Positions 1 through 15,900 of a stretch of 45,294 bases of DNA are shown here, one piece after another. Under the pieces are notes generated by a model. That model was given only the letters and a program-made list of their open reading frames with translations. It made no database searches and was not told the DNA's origin. The stretch covers positions 1 through 45,294 of the forward strand of contig NW_025214519.1 of NCBI RefSeq assembly GCF_004010195.1, in the 5' to 3' direction. The position numbers and the translations under genes were made by a program. Position 1 is the first letter of the stretch. The number at the start of each line of letters is the position of its first letter. Origin of the DNA: Chiloscyllium plagiosum (Eukaryota).

Positions 1-266
1 CTGATCTTCTAGTGGGATTTCCTGACGTCGAGCTTGTTTGTAAGCTGGAGGACTGAATATTAGTGAGGCACAACGGGCTCTTTAACAAGTAATGATGAAC
101 ACCAATTGGCACCTCACATGACCAAGCGTGAATTGTGCCAAGCTGCCGGTGAAAACGTGGCAAGAGTTGCTCTTGAGATTTGAGTTGGAGCTCTCTGACT
201 TGTTGCCTGAGTTTTCCACAGAGTCCATGCTCACCAGACCAGAATCGTACACCCAACATAGCTAAT

Positions 267-510
267 AGGAGAAGGAGGAGGCCGTCAGCCTCTCGAGACT
301 GTTCTGCCAATCAACATGATCAAAGCTGATTCTCTATCTCAACACTTACACTTCTGCTCTCTCCCCAATCCCCTCAACATCTGCATCATCAAGAAAACCA
401 GTTATTTATTTCTCAAATCAACTCAATGCAATTGACTCCACAGTTCTGTGTGGCAGAGGTTTCAGCAACTTCACCACTCCCTGGAAAAAGAAACTTCATC
501 ACTGTTTCCC
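267..510 (-). mobile_element. CR1-type LINE, degenerate 3' end fragment
   Basis: Resembles the reverse complement of the shark CR1 3' terminus (aggagaaggaggaggccgtcagcctctcgagactgttctgccaatcaacatgatc ... ctccacagttctgtgtggcagaggtttc ... ttcaccactccctggaaaaagaaa). Boundaries approximate. Confidence 0.7.
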
Positions 511-756
511 AAGTGTCCTGCCAAACTCTGATCACGGGTTCCAGATTCCCTCAGATCATGTCTGGTTCCAGGCTGCCATTCCCAGGTAGAAATGTACACG
601 TTACAGTCAGCCACCAGTTATGACTTTCCAAACACGAGAAACACTGCAGAGGAATCGACAAATCCCTCATTTACAAAAGGACAAAGTCCTCAGTCCTGAT
701 GGGGGCGCTGCAGACAGCTCTGCAGAATTTACCAGCTCAGACCTTTGTGAGATATT

Positions 757-930
757 CACACTGTCCCCACACACTGCAGTGTGTAAATATTCACACTGTC
801 CCCACACACTGCGGTGTGTAAGTATTCACACTGTCCCCATACACTGCGGTGTGTAAATATTCACACTGTCCCCACACACTGCGGTGTGTAAATATTCACA
901 CTGTCCCACACACTGCGGTGTGTAAATATT
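757..930. repeat. Variant edge of minisatellite: five 34-35 bp monomers
   Basis: Monomers start at 757, 792, 827, 862 and 897. All are of the cacactgtcccc type with point variants (gcag/gcgg, aagtatt, ccccat, ccc). Confidence 0.95.
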
Positions 931-3900
931 CACACTGTCCCCACACACTGCAGTGTGTAAATATTCAACTGTCACCACACACTGCGGTGTGTAAATATTC
1001 ACACTGTCCCCACACACTGCAGTGTGTAAATATTCAACTGTCACCACACACTGCGGTGTGTAAATATTCACACTGTCCCCACACACTGCAGTGTGTAAAT
1101 ATTCAACTGTCACCACACACTGCGGTGTGTAAATATTCACACTGTCCCCACACACTGCAGTGTGTAAATATTCAACTGTCACCACACACTGCGGTGTGTA
1201 AATATTCACACTGTCCCCACACACTGCAGTGTGTAAATATTCAACTGTCACCACACACTGCGGTGTGTAAATATTCACACTGTCCCCACACACTGCAGTG
1301 TGTAAATATTCAACTGTCACCACACACTGCGGTGTGTAAATATTCACACTGTCCCCACACACTGCAGTGTGTAAATATTCAACTGTCACCACACACTGCG
1401 GTGTGTAAATATTCACACTGTCCCCACACACTGCAGTGTGTAAATATTCAACTGTCACCACACACTGCGGTGTGTAAATATTCACACTGTCCCCACACAC
1501 TGCAGTGTGTAAATATTCAACTGTCACCACACACTGCGGTGTGTAAATATTCACACTGTCCCCACACACTGCAGTGTGTAAATATTCAACTGTCACCACA
1601 CACTGCGGTGTGTAAATATTCACACTGTCCCCACACACTGCAGTGTGTAAATATTCAACTGTCACCACACACTGCGGTGTGTAAATATTCACACTGTCCC
1701 CACACACTGCAGTGTGTAAATATTCAACTGTCACCACACACTGCGGTGTGTAAATATTCACACTGTCCCCACACACTGCAGTGTGTAAATATTCAACTGT
1801 CACCACACACTGCGGTGTGTAAATATTCACACTGTCCCCACACACTGCAGTGTGTAAATATTCAACTGTCACCACACACTGCGGTGTGTAAATATTCACA
1901 CTGTCCCCACACACTGCAGTGTGTAAATATTCAACTGTCACCACACACTGCGGTGTGTAAATATTCACACTGTCCCCACACACTGCAGTGTGTAAATATT
2001 CAACTGTCACCACACACTGCGGTGTGTAAATATTCACACTGTCCCCACACACTGCAGTGTGTAAATATTCAACTGTCACCACACACTGCGGTGTGTAAAT
2101 ATTCACACTGTCCCCACACACTGCAGTGTGTAAATATTCAACTGTCACCACACACTGCGGTGTGTAAATATTCACACTGTCCCCACACACTGCAGTGTGT
2201 AAATATTCAACTGTCACCACACACTGCGGTGTGTAAATATTCACACTGTCCCCACACACTGCAGTGTGTAAATATTCAACTGTCACCACACACTGCGGTG
2301 TGTAAATATTCACACTGTCCCCACACACTGCAGTGTGTAAATATTCAACTGTCACCACACACTGCGGTGTGTAAATATTCACACTGTCCCCACACACTGC
2401 AGTGTGTAAATATTCAACTGTCACCACACACTGCGGTGTGTAAATATTCACACTGTCCCCACACACTGCAGTGTGTAAATATTCAACTGTCACCACACAC
2501 TGCGGTGTGTAAATATTCACACTGTCCCCACACACTGCAGTGTGTAAATATTCAACTGTCACCACACACTGCGGTGTGTAAATATTCACACTGTCCCCAC
2601 ACACTGCAGTGTGTAAATATTCAACTGTCACCACACACTGCGGTGTGTAAATATTCACACTGTCCCCACACACTGCAGTGTGTAAATATTCAACTGTCAC
2701 CACACACTGCGGTGTGTAAATATTCACACTGTCCCCACACACTGCAGTGTGTAAATATTCAACTGTCACCACACACTGCGGTGTGTAAATATTCACACTG
2801 TCCCCACACACTGCAGTGTGTAAATATTCAACTGTCACCACACACTGCGGTGTGTAAATATTCACACTGTCCCCACACACTGCAGTGTGTAAATATTCAA
2901 CTGTCACCACACACTGCGGTGTGTAAATATTCACACTGTCCCCACACACTGCAGTGTGTAAATATTCAACTGTCACCACACACTGCGGTGTGTAAATATT
3001 CACACTGTCCCCACACACTGCAGTGTGTAAATATTCAACTGTCACCACACACTGCGGTGTGTAAATATTCACACTGTCCCCACACACTGCAGTGTGTAAA
3101 TATTCAACTGTCACCACACACTGCGGTGTGTAAATATTCACACTGTCCCCACACACTGCAGTGTGTAAATATTCAACTGTCACCACACACTGCGGTGTGT
3201 AAATATTCACACTGTCCCCACACACTGCAGTGTGTAAATATTCAACTGTCACCACACACTGCGGTGTGTAAATATTCACACTGTCCCCACACACTGCAGT
3301 GTGTAAATATTCAACTGTCACCACACACTGCGGTGTGTAAATATTCACACTGTCCCCACACACTGCAGTGTGTAAATATTCAACTGTCACCACACACTGC
3401 GGTGTGTAAATATTCACACTGTCCCCACACACTGCAGTGTGTAAATATTCAACTGTCACCACACACTGCGGTGTGTAAATATTCACACTGTCCCCACACA
3501 CTGCAGTGTGTAAATATTCAACTGTCACCACACACTGCGGTGTGTAAATATTCACACTGTCCCCACACACTGCAGTGTGTAAATATTCAACTGTCACCAC
3601 ACACTGCGGTGTGTAAATATTCACACTGTCCCCACACACTGCAGTGTGTAAATATTCAACTGTCACCACACACTGCGGTGTGTAAATATTCACACTGTCC
3701 CCACACACTGCAGTGTGTAAATATTCAACTGTCACCACACACTGCGGTGTGTAAATATTCACACTGTCCCCACACACTGCAGTGTGTAAATATTCAACTG
3801 TCACCACACACTGCGGTGTGTAAATATTCACACTGTCCCCACACACTGCAGTGTGTAAATATTCAACTGTCACCACACACTGCGGTGTGTAAATATTCAC

Positions 3901-6900
3901 ACTGTCCCCACACACTGCAGTGTGTAAATATTCAACTGTCACCACACACTGCGGTGTGTAAATATTCACACTGTCCCCACACACTGCAGTGTGTAAATAT
4001 TCAACTGTCACCACACACTGCGGTGTGTAAATATTCACACTGTCCCCACACACTGCAGTGTGTAAATATTCAACTGTCACCACACACTGCGGTGTGTAAA
4101 TATTCACACTGTCCCCACACACTGCAGTGTGTAAATATTCAACTGTCACCACACACTGCGGTGTGTAAATATTCACACTGTCCCCACACACTGCAGTGTG
4201 TAAATATTCAACTGTCACCACACACTGCGGTGTGTAAATATTCACACTGTCCCCACACACTGCAGTGTGTAAATATTCAACTGTCACCACACACTGCGGT
4301 GTGTAAATATTCACACTGTCCCCACACACTGCAGTGTGTAAATATTCAACTGTCACCACACACTGCGGTGTGTAAATATTCACACTGTCCCCACACACTG
4401 CAGTGTGTAAATATTCAACTGTCACCACACACTGCGGTGTGTAAATATTCACACTGTCCCCACACACTGCAGTGTGTAAATATTCAACTGTCACCACACA
4501 CTGCGGTGTGTAAATATTCACACTGTCCCCACACACTGCAGTGTGTAAATATTCAACTGTCACCACACACTGCGGTGTGTAAATATTCACACTGTCCCCA
4601 CACACTGCAGTGTGTAAATATTCAACTGTCACCACACACTGCGGTGTGTAAATATTCACACTGTCCCCACACACTGCAGTGTGTAAATATTCAACTGTCA
4701 CCACACACTGCGGTGTGTAAATATTCACACTGTCCCCACACACTGCAGTGTGTAAATATTCAACTGTCACCACACACTGCGGTGTGTAAATATTCACACT
4801 GTCCCCACACACTGCAGTGTGTAAATATTCAACTGTCACCACACACTGCGGTGTGTAAATATTCACACTGTCCCCACACACTGCAGTGTGTAAATATTCA
4901 ACTGTCACCACACACTGCGGTGTGTAAATATTCACACTGTCCCCACACACTGCAGTGTGTAAATATTCAACTGTCACCACACACTGCGGTGTGTAAATAT
5001 TCACACTGTCCCCACACACTGCAGTGTGTAAATATTCAACTGTCACCACACACTGCGGTGTGTAAATATTCACACTGTCCCCACACACTGCAGTGTGTAA
5101 ATATTCAACTGTCACCACACACTGCGGTGTGTAAATATTCACACTGTCCCCACACACTGCAGTGTGTAAATATTCAACTGTCACCACACACTGCGGTGTG
5201 TAAATATTCACACTGTCCCCACACACTGCAGTGTGTAAATATTCAACTGTCACCACACACTGCGGTGTGTAAATATTCACACTGTCCCCACACACTGCAG
5301 TGTGTAAATATTCAACTGTCACCACACACTGCGGTGTGTAAATATTCACACTGTCCCCACACACTGCAGTGTGTAAATATTCAACTGTCACCACACACTG
5401 CGGTGTGTAAATATTCACACTGTCCCCACACACTGCAGTGTGTAAATATTCAACTGTCACCACACACTGCGGTGTGTAAATATTCACACTGTCCCCACAC
5501 ACTGCAGTGTGTAAATATTCAACTGTCACCACACACTGCGGTGTGTAAATATTCACACTGTCCCCACACACTGCAGTGTGTAAATATTCAACTGTCACCA
5601 CACACTGCGGTGTGTAAATATTCACACTGTCCCCACACACTGCAGTGTGTAAATATTCAACTGTCACCACACACTGCGGTGTGTAAATATTCACACTGTC
5701 CCCACACACTGCAGTGTGTAAATATTCAACTGTCACCACACACTGCGGTGTGTAAATATTCACACTGTCCCCACACACTGCAGTGTGTAAATATTCAACT
5801 GTCACCACACACTGCGGTGTGTAAATATTCACACTGTCCCCACACACTGCAGTGTGTAAATATTCAACTGTCACCACACACTGCGGTGTGTAAATATTCA
5901 CACTGTCCCCACACACTGCAGTGTGTAAATATTCAACTGTCACCACACACTGCGGTGTGTAAATATTCACACTGTCCCCACACACTGCAGTGTGTAAATA
6001 TTCAACTGTCACCACACACTGCGGTGTGTAAATATTCACACTGTCCCCACACACTGCAGTGTGTAAATATTCAACTGTCACCACACACTGCGGTGTGTAA
6101 ATATTCACACTGTCCCCACACACTGCAGTGTGTAAATATTCAACTGTCACCACACACTGCGGTGTGTAAATATTCACACTGTCCCCACACACTGCAGTGT
6201 GTAAATATTCAACTGTCACCACACACTGCGGTGTGTAAATATTCACACTGTCCCCACACACTGCAGTGTGTAAATATTCAACTGTCACCACACACTGCGG
6301 TGTGTAAATATTCACACTGTCCCCACACACTGCAGTGTGTAAATATTCAACTGTCACCACACACTGCGGTGTGTAAATATTCACACTGTCCCCACACACT
6401 GCAGTGTGTAAATATTCAACTGTCACCACACACTGCGGTGTGTAAATATTCACACTGTCCCCACACACTGCAGTGTGTAAATATTCAACTGTCACCACAC
6501 ACTGCGGTGTGTAAATATTCACACTGTCCCCACACACTGCAGTGTGTAAATATTCAACTGTCACCACACACTGCGGTGTGTAAATATTCACACTGTCCCC
6601 ACACACTGCAGTGTGTAAATATTCAACTGTCACCACACACTGCGGTGTGTAAATATTCACACTGTCCCCACACACTGCAGTGTGTAAATATTCAACTGTC
6701 ACCACACACTGCGGTGTGTAAATATTCACACTGTCCCCACACACTGCAGTGTGTAAATATTCAACTGTCACCACACACTGCGGTGTGTAAATATTCACAC
6801 TGTCCCCACACACTGCAGTGTGTAAATATTCAACTGTCACCACACACTGCGGTGTGTAAATATTCACACTGTCCCCACACACTGCAGTGTGTAAATATTC

Positions 6901-9900
6901 AACTGTCACCACACACTGCGGTGTGTAAATATTCACACTGTCCCCACACACTGCAGTGTGTAAATATTCAACTGTCACCACACACTGCGGTGTGTAAATA
7001 TTCACACTGTCCCCACACACTGCAGTGTGTAAATATTCAACTGTCACCACACACTGCGGTGTGTAAATATTCACACTGTCCCCACACACTGCAGTGTGTA
7101 AATATTCAACTGTCACCACACACTGCGGTGTGTAAATATTCACACTGTCCCCACACACTGCAGTGTGTAAATATTCAACTGTCACCACACACTGCGGTGT
7201 GTAAATATTCACACTGTCCCCACACACTGCAGTGTGTAAATATTCAACTGTCACCACACACTGCGGTGTGTAAATATTCACACTGTCCCCACACACTGCA
7301 GTGTGTAAATATTCAACTGTCACCACACACTGCGGTGTGTAAATATTCACACTGTCCCCACACACTGCAGTGTGTAAATATTCAACTGTCACCACACACT
7401 GCGGTGTGTAAATATTCACACTGTCCCCACACACTGCAGTGTGTAAATATTCAACTGTCACCACACACTGCGGTGTGTAAATATTCACACTGTCCCCACA
7501 CACTGCAGTGTGTAAATATTCAACTGTCACCACACACTGCGGTGTGTAAATATTCACACTGTCCCCACACACTGCAGTGTGTAAATATTCAACTGTCACC
7601 ACACACTGCGGTGTGTAAATATTCACACTGTCCCCACACACTGCAGTGTGTAAATATTCAACTGTCACCACACACTGCGGTGTGTAAATATTCACACTGT
7701 CCCCACACACTGCAGTGTGTAAATATTCAACTGTCACCACACACTGCGGTGTGTAAATATTCACACTGTCCCCACACACTGCAGTGTGTAAATATTCAAC
7801 TGTCACCACACACTGCGGTGTGTAAATATTCACACTGTCCCCACACACTGCAGTGTGTAAATATTCAACTGTCACCACACACTGCGGTGTGTAAATATTC
7901 ACACTGTCCCCACACACTGCAGTGTGTAAATATTCAACTGTCACCACACACTGCGGTGTGTAAATATTCACACTGTCCCCACACACTGCAGTGTGTAAAT
8001 ATTCAACTGTCACCACACACTGCGGTGTGTAAATATTCACACTGTCCCCACACACTGCAGTGTGTAAATATTCAACTGTCACCACACACTGCGGTGTGTA
8101 AATATTCACACTGTCCCCACACACTGCAGTGTGTAAATATTCAACTGTCACCACACACTGCGGTGTGTAAATATTCACACTGTCCCCACACACTGCAGTG
8201 TGTAAATATTCAACTGTCACCACACACTGCGGTGTGTAAATATTCACACTGTCCCCACACACTGCAGTGTGTAAATATTCAACTGTCACCACACACTGCG
8301 GTGTGTAAATATTCACACTGTCCCCACACACTGCAGTGTGTAAATATTCAACTGTCACCACACACTGCGGTGTGTAAATATTCACACTGTCCCCACACAC
8401 TGCAGTGTGTAAATATTCAACTGTCACCACACACTGCGGTGTGTAAATATTCACACTGTCCCCACACACTGCAGTGTGTAAATATTCAACTGTCACCACA
8501 CACTGCGGTGTGTAAATATTCACACTGTCCCCACACACTGCAGTGTGTAAATATTCAACTGTCACCACACACTGCGGTGTGTAAATATTCACACTGTCCC
8601 CACACACTGCAGTGTGTAAATATTCAACTGTCACCACACACTGCGGTGTGTAAATATTCACACTGTCCCCACACACTGCAGTGTGTAAATATTCAACTGT
8701 CACCACACACTGCGGTGTGTAAATATTCACACTGTCCCCACACACTGCAGTGTGTAAATATTCAACTGTCACCACACACTGCGGTGTGTAAATATTCACA
8801 CTGTCCCCACACACTGCAGTGTGTAAATATTCAACTGTCACCACACACTGCGGTGTGTAAATATTCACACTGTCCCCACACACTGCAGTGTGTAAATATT
8901 CAACTGTCACCACACACTGCGGTGTGTAAATATTCACACTGTCCCCACACACTGCAGTGTGTAAATATTCAACTGTCACCACACACTGCGGTGTGTAAAT
9001 ATTCACACTGTCCCCACACACTGCAGTGTGTAAATATTCAACTGTCACCACACACTGCGGTGTGTAAATATTCACACTGTCCCCACACACTGCAGTGTGT
9101 AAATATTCAACTGTCACCACACACTGCGGTGTGTAAATATTCACACTGTCCCCACACACTGCAGTGTGTAAATATTCAACTGTCACCACACACTGCGGTG
9201 TGTAAATATTCACACTGTCCCCACACACTGCAGTGTGTAAATATTCAACTGTCACCACACACTGCGGTGTGTAAATATTCACACTGTCCCCACACACTGC
9301 AGTGTGTAAATATTCAACTGTCACCACACACTGCGGTGTGTAAATATTCACACTGTCCCCACACACTGCAGTGTGTAAATATTCAACTGTCACCACACAC
9401 TGCGGTGTGTAAATATTCACACTGTCCCCACACACTGCAGTGTGTAAATATTCAACTGTCACCACACACTGCGGTGTGTAAATATTCACACTGTCCCCAC
9501 ACACTGCAGTGTGTAAATATTCAACTGTCACCACACACTGCGGTGTGTAAATATTCACACTGTCCCCACACACTGCAGTGTGTAAATATTCAACTGTCAC
9601 CACACACTGCGGTGTGTAAATATTCACACTGTCCCCACACACTGCAGTGTGTAAATATTCAACTGTCACCACACACTGCGGTGTGTAAATATTCACACTG
9701 TCCCCACACACTGCAGTGTGTAAATATTCAACTGTCACCACACACTGCGGTGTGTAAATATTCACACTGTCCCCACACACTGCAGTGTGTAAATATTCAA
9801 CTGTCACCACACACTGCGGTGTGTAAATATTCACACTGTCCCCACACACTGCAGTGTGTAAATATTCAACTGTCACCACACACTGCGGTGTGTAAATATT

Positions 9901-12900
9901 CACACTGTCCCCACACACTGCAGTGTGTAAATATTCAACTGTCACCACACACTGCGGTGTGTAAATATTCACACTGTCCCCACACACTGCAGTGTGTAAA
10001 TATTCAACTGTCACCACACACTGCGGTGTGTAAATATTCACACTGTCCCCACACACTGCAGTGTGTAAATATTCAACTGTCACCACACACTGCGGTGTGT
10101 AAATATTCACACTGTCCCCACACACTGCAGTGTGTAAATATTCAACTGTCACCACACACTGCGGTGTGTAAATATTCACACTGTCCCCACACACTGCAGT
10201 GTGTAAATATTCAACTGTCACCACACACTGCGGTGTGTAAATATTCACACTGTCCCCACACACTGCAGTGTGTAAATATTCAACTGTCACCACACACTGC
10301 GGTGTGTAAATATTCACACTGTCCCCACACACTGCAGTGTGTAAATATTCAACTGTCACCACACACTGCGGTGTGTAAATATTCACACTGTCCCCACACA
10401 CTGCAGTGTGTAAATATTCAACTGTCACCACACACTGCGGTGTGTAAATATTCACACTGTCCCCACACACTGCAGTGTGTAAATATTCAACTGTCACCAC
10501 ACACTGCGGTGTGTAAATATTCACACTGTCCCCACACACTGCAGTGTGTAAATATTCAACTGTCACCACACACTGCGGTGTGTAAATATTCACACTGTCC
10601 CCACACACTGCAGTGTGTAAATATTCAACTGTCACCACACACTGCGGTGTGTAAATATTCACACTGTCCCCACACACTGCAGTGTGTAAATATTCAACTG
10701 TCACCACACACTGCGGTGTGTAAATATTCACACTGTCCCCACACACTGCAGTGTGTAAATATTCAACTGTCACCACACACTGCGGTGTGTAAATATTCAC
10801 ACTGTCCCCACACACTGCAGTGTGTAAATATTCAACTGTCACCACACACTGCGGTGTGTAAATATTCACACTGTCCCCACACACTGCAGTGTGTAAATAT
10901 TCAACTGTCACCACACACTGCGGTGTGTAAATATTCACACTGTCCCCACACACTGCAGTGTGTAAATATTCAACTGTCACCACACACTGCGGTGTGTAAA
11001 TATTCACACTGTCCCCACACACTGCAGTGTGTAAATATTCAACTGTCACCACACACTGCGGTGTGTAAATATTCACACTGTCCCCACACACTGCAGTGTG
11101 TAAATATTCAACTGTCACCACACACTGCGGTGTGTAAATATTCACACTGTCCCCACACACTGCAGTGTGTAAATATTCAACTGTCACCACACACTGCGGT
11201 GTGTAAATATTCACACTGTCCCCACACACTGCAGTGTGTAAATATTCAACTGTCACCACACACTGCGGTGTGTAAATATTCACACTGTCCCCACACACTG
11301 CAGTGTGTAAATATTCAACTGTCACCACACACTGCGGTGTGTAAATATTCACACTGTCCCCACACACTGCAGTGTGTAAATATTCAACTGTCACCACACA
11401 CTGCGGTGTGTAAATATTCACACTGTCCCCACACACTGCAGTGTGTAAATATTCAACTGTCACCACACACTGCGGTGTGTAAATATTCACACTGTCCCCA
11501 CACACTGCAGTGTGTAAATATTCAACTGTCACCACACACTGCGGTGTGTAAATATTCACACTGTCCCCACACACTGCAGTGTGTAAATATTCAACTGTCA
11601 CCACACACTGCGGTGTGTAAATATTCACACTGTCCCCACACACTGCAGTGTGTAAATATTCAACTGTCACCACACACTGCGGTGTGTAAATATTCACACT
11701 GTCCCCACACACTGCAGTGTGTAAATATTCAACTGTCACCACACACTGCGGTGTGTAAATATTCACACTGTCCCCACACACTGCAGTGTGTAAATATTCA
11801 ACTGTCACCACACACTGCGGTGTGTAAATATTCACACTGTCCCCACACACTGCAGTGTGTAAATATTCAACTGTCACCACACACTGCGGTGTGTAAATAT
11901 TCACACTGTCCCCACACACTGCAGTGTGTAAATATTCAACTGTCACCACACACTGCGGTGTGTAAATATTCACACTGTCCCCACACACTGCAGTGTGTAA
12001 ATATTCAACTGTCACCACACACTGCGGTGTGTAAATATTCACACTGTCCCCACACACTGCAGTGTGTAAATATTCAACTGTCACCACACACTGCGGTGTG
12101 TAAATATTCACACTGTCCCCACACACTGCAGTGTGTAAATATTCAACTGTCACCACACACTGCGGTGTGTAAATATTCACACTGTCCCCACACACTGCAG
12201 TGTGTAAATATTCAACTGTCACCACACACTGCGGTGTGTAAATATTCACACTGTCCCCACACACTGCAGTGTGTAAATATTCAACTGTCACCACACACTG
12301 CGGTGTGTAAATATTCACACTGTCCCCACACACTGCAGTGTGTAAATATTCAACTGTCACCACACACTGCGGTGTGTAAATATTCACACTGTCCCCACAC
12401 ACTGCAGTGTGTAAATATTCAACTGTCACCACACACTGCGGTGTGTAAATATTCACACTGTCCCCACACACTGCAGTGTGTAAATATTCAACTGTCACCA
12501 CACACTGCGGTGTGTAAATATTCACACTGTCCCCACACACTGCAGTGTGTAAATATTCAACTGTCACCACACACTGCGGTGTGTAAATATTCACACTGTC
12601 CCCACACACTGCAGTGTGTAAATATTCAACTGTCACCACACACTGCGGTGTGTAAATATTCACACTGTCCCCACACACTGCAGTGTGTAAATATTCAACT
12701 GTCACCACACACTGCGGTGTGTAAATATTCACACTGTCCCCACACACTGCAGTGTGTAAATATTCAACTGTCACCACACACTGCGGTGTGTAAATATTCA
12801 CACTGTCCCCACACACTGCAGTGTGTAAATATTCAACTGTCACCACACACTGCGGTGTGTAAATATTCACACTGTCCCCACACACTGCAGTGTGTAAATA

Positions 12901-15900
12901 TTCAACTGTCACCACACACTGCGGTGTGTAAATATTCACACTGTCCCCACACACTGCAGTGTGTAAATATTCAACTGTCACCACACACTGCGGTGTGTAA
13001 ATATTCACACTGTCCCCACACACTGCAGTGTGTAAATATTCAACTGTCACCACACACTGCGGTGTGTAAATATTCACACTGTCCCCACACACTGCAGTGT
13101 GTAAATATTCAACTGTCACCACACACTGCGGTGTGTAAATATTCACACTGTCCCCACACACTGCAGTGTGTAAATATTCAACTGTCACCACACACTGCGG
13201 TGTGTAAATATTCACACTGTCCCCACACACTGCAGTGTGTAAATATTCAACTGTCACCACACACTGCGGTGTGTAAATATTCACACTGTCCCCACACACT
13301 GCAGTGTGTAAATATTCAACTGTCACCACACACTGCGGTGTGTAAATATTCACACTGTCCCCACACACTGCAGTGTGTAAATATTCAACTGTCACCACAC
13401 ACTGCGGTGTGTAAATATTCACACTGTCCCCACACACTGCAGTGTGTAAATATTCAACTGTCACCACACACTGCGGTGTGTAAATATTCACACTGTCCCC
13501 ACACACTGCAGTGTGTAAATATTCAACTGTCACCACACACTGCGGTGTGTAAATATTCACACTGTCCCCACACACTGCAGTGTGTAAATATTCAACTGTC
13601 ACCACACACTGCGGTGTGTAAATATTCACACTGTCCCCACACACTGCAGTGTGTAAATATTCAACTGTCACCACACACTGCGGTGTGTAAATATTCACAC
13701 TGTCCCCACACACTGCAGTGTGTAAATATTCAACTGTCACCACACACTGCGGTGTGTAAATATTCACACTGTCCCCACACACTGCAGTGTGTAAATATTC
13801 AACTGTCACCACACACTGCGGTGTGTAAATATTCACACTGTCCCCACACACTGCAGTGTGTAAATATTCAACTGTCACCACACACTGCGGTGTGTAAATA
13901 TTCACACTGTCCCCACACACTGCAGTGTGTAAATATTCAACTGTCACCACACACTGCGGTGTGTAAATATTCACACTGTCCCCACACACTGCAGTGTGTA
14001 AATATTCAACTGTCACCACACACTGCGGTGTGTAAATATTCACACTGTCCCCACACACTGCAGTGTGTAAATATTCAACTGTCACCACACACTGCGGTGT
14101 GTAAATATTCACACTGTCCCCACACACTGCAGTGTGTAAATATTCAACTGTCACCACACACTGCGGTGTGTAAATATTCACACTGTCCCCACACACTGCA
14201 GTGTGTAAATATTCAACTGTCACCACACACTGCGGTGTGTAAATATTCACACTGTCCCCACACACTGCAGTGTGTAAATATTCAACTGTCACCACACACT
14301 GCGGTGTGTAAATATTCACACTGTCCCCACACACTGCAGTGTGTAAATATTCAACTGTCACCACACACTGCGGTGTGTAAATATTCACACTGTCCCCACA
14401 CACTGCAGTGTGTAAATATTCAACTGTCACCACACACTGCGGTGTGTAAATATTCACACTGTCCCCACACACTGCAGTGTGTAAATATTCAACTGTCACC
14501 ACACACTGCGGTGTGTAAATATTCACACTGTCCCCACACACTGCAGTGTGTAAATATTCAACTGTCACCACACACTGCGGTGTGTAAATATTCACACTGT
14601 CCCCACACACTGCAGTGTGTAAATATTCAACTGTCACCACACACTGCGGTGTGTAAATATTCACACTGTCCCCACACACTGCAGTGTGTAAATATTCAAC
14701 TGTCACCACACACTGCGGTGTGTAAATATTCACACTGTCCCCACACACTGCAGTGTGTAAATATTCAACTGTCACCACACACTGCGGTGTGTAAATATTC
14801 ACACTGTCCCCACACACTGCAGTGTGTAAATATTCAACTGTCACCACACACTGCGGTGTGTAAATATTCACACTGTCCCCACACACTGCAGTGTGTAAAT
14901 ATTCAACTGTCACCACACACTGCGGTGTGTAAATATTCACACTGTCCCCACACACTGCAGTGTGTAAATATTCAACTGTCACCACACACTGCGGTGTGTA
15001 AATATTCACACTGTCCCCACACACTGCAGTGTGTAAATATTCAACTGTCACCACACACTGCGGTGTGTAAATATTCACACTGTCCCCACACACTGCAGTG
15101 TGTAAATATTCAACTGTCACCACACACTGCGGTGTGTAAATATTCACACTGTCCCCACACACTGCAGTGTGTAAATATTCAACTGTCACCACACACTGCG
15201 GTGTGTAAATATTCACACTGTCCCCACACACTGCAGTGTGTAAATATTCAACTGTCACCACACACTGCGGTGTGTAAATATTCACACTGTCCCCACACAC
15301 TGCAGTGTGTAAATATTCAACTGTCACCACACACTGCGGTGTGTAAATATTCACACTGTCCCCACACACTGCAGTGTGTAAATATTCAACTGTCACCACA
15401 CACTGCGGTGTGTAAATATTCACACTGTCCCCACACACTGCAGTGTGTAAATATTCAACTGTCACCACACACTGCGGTGTGTAAATATTCACACTGTCCC
15501 CACACACTGCAGTGTGTAAATATTCAACTGTCACCACACACTGCGGTGTGTAAATATTCACACTGTCCCCACACACTGCAGTGTGTAAATATTCAACTGT
15601 CACCACACACTGCGGTGTGTAAATATTCACACTGTCCCCACACACTGCAGTGTGTAAATATTCAACTGTCACCACACACTGCGGTGTGTAAATATTCACA
15701 CTGTCCCCACACACTGCAGTGTGTAAATATTCAACTGTCACCACACACTGCGGTGTGTAAATATTCACACTGTCCCCACACACTGCAGTGTGTAAATATT
15801 CAACTGTCACCACACACTGCGGTGTGTAAATATTCACACTGTCCCCACACACTGCAGTGTGTAAATATTCAACTGTCACCACACACTGCGGTGTGTAAAT

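Noticed and set aside
1..259. Minus-strand frame open to the window edge (MLGVRFWSGEHG...)
   Set aside because: No recognisable similarity, and it is truncated by the window.
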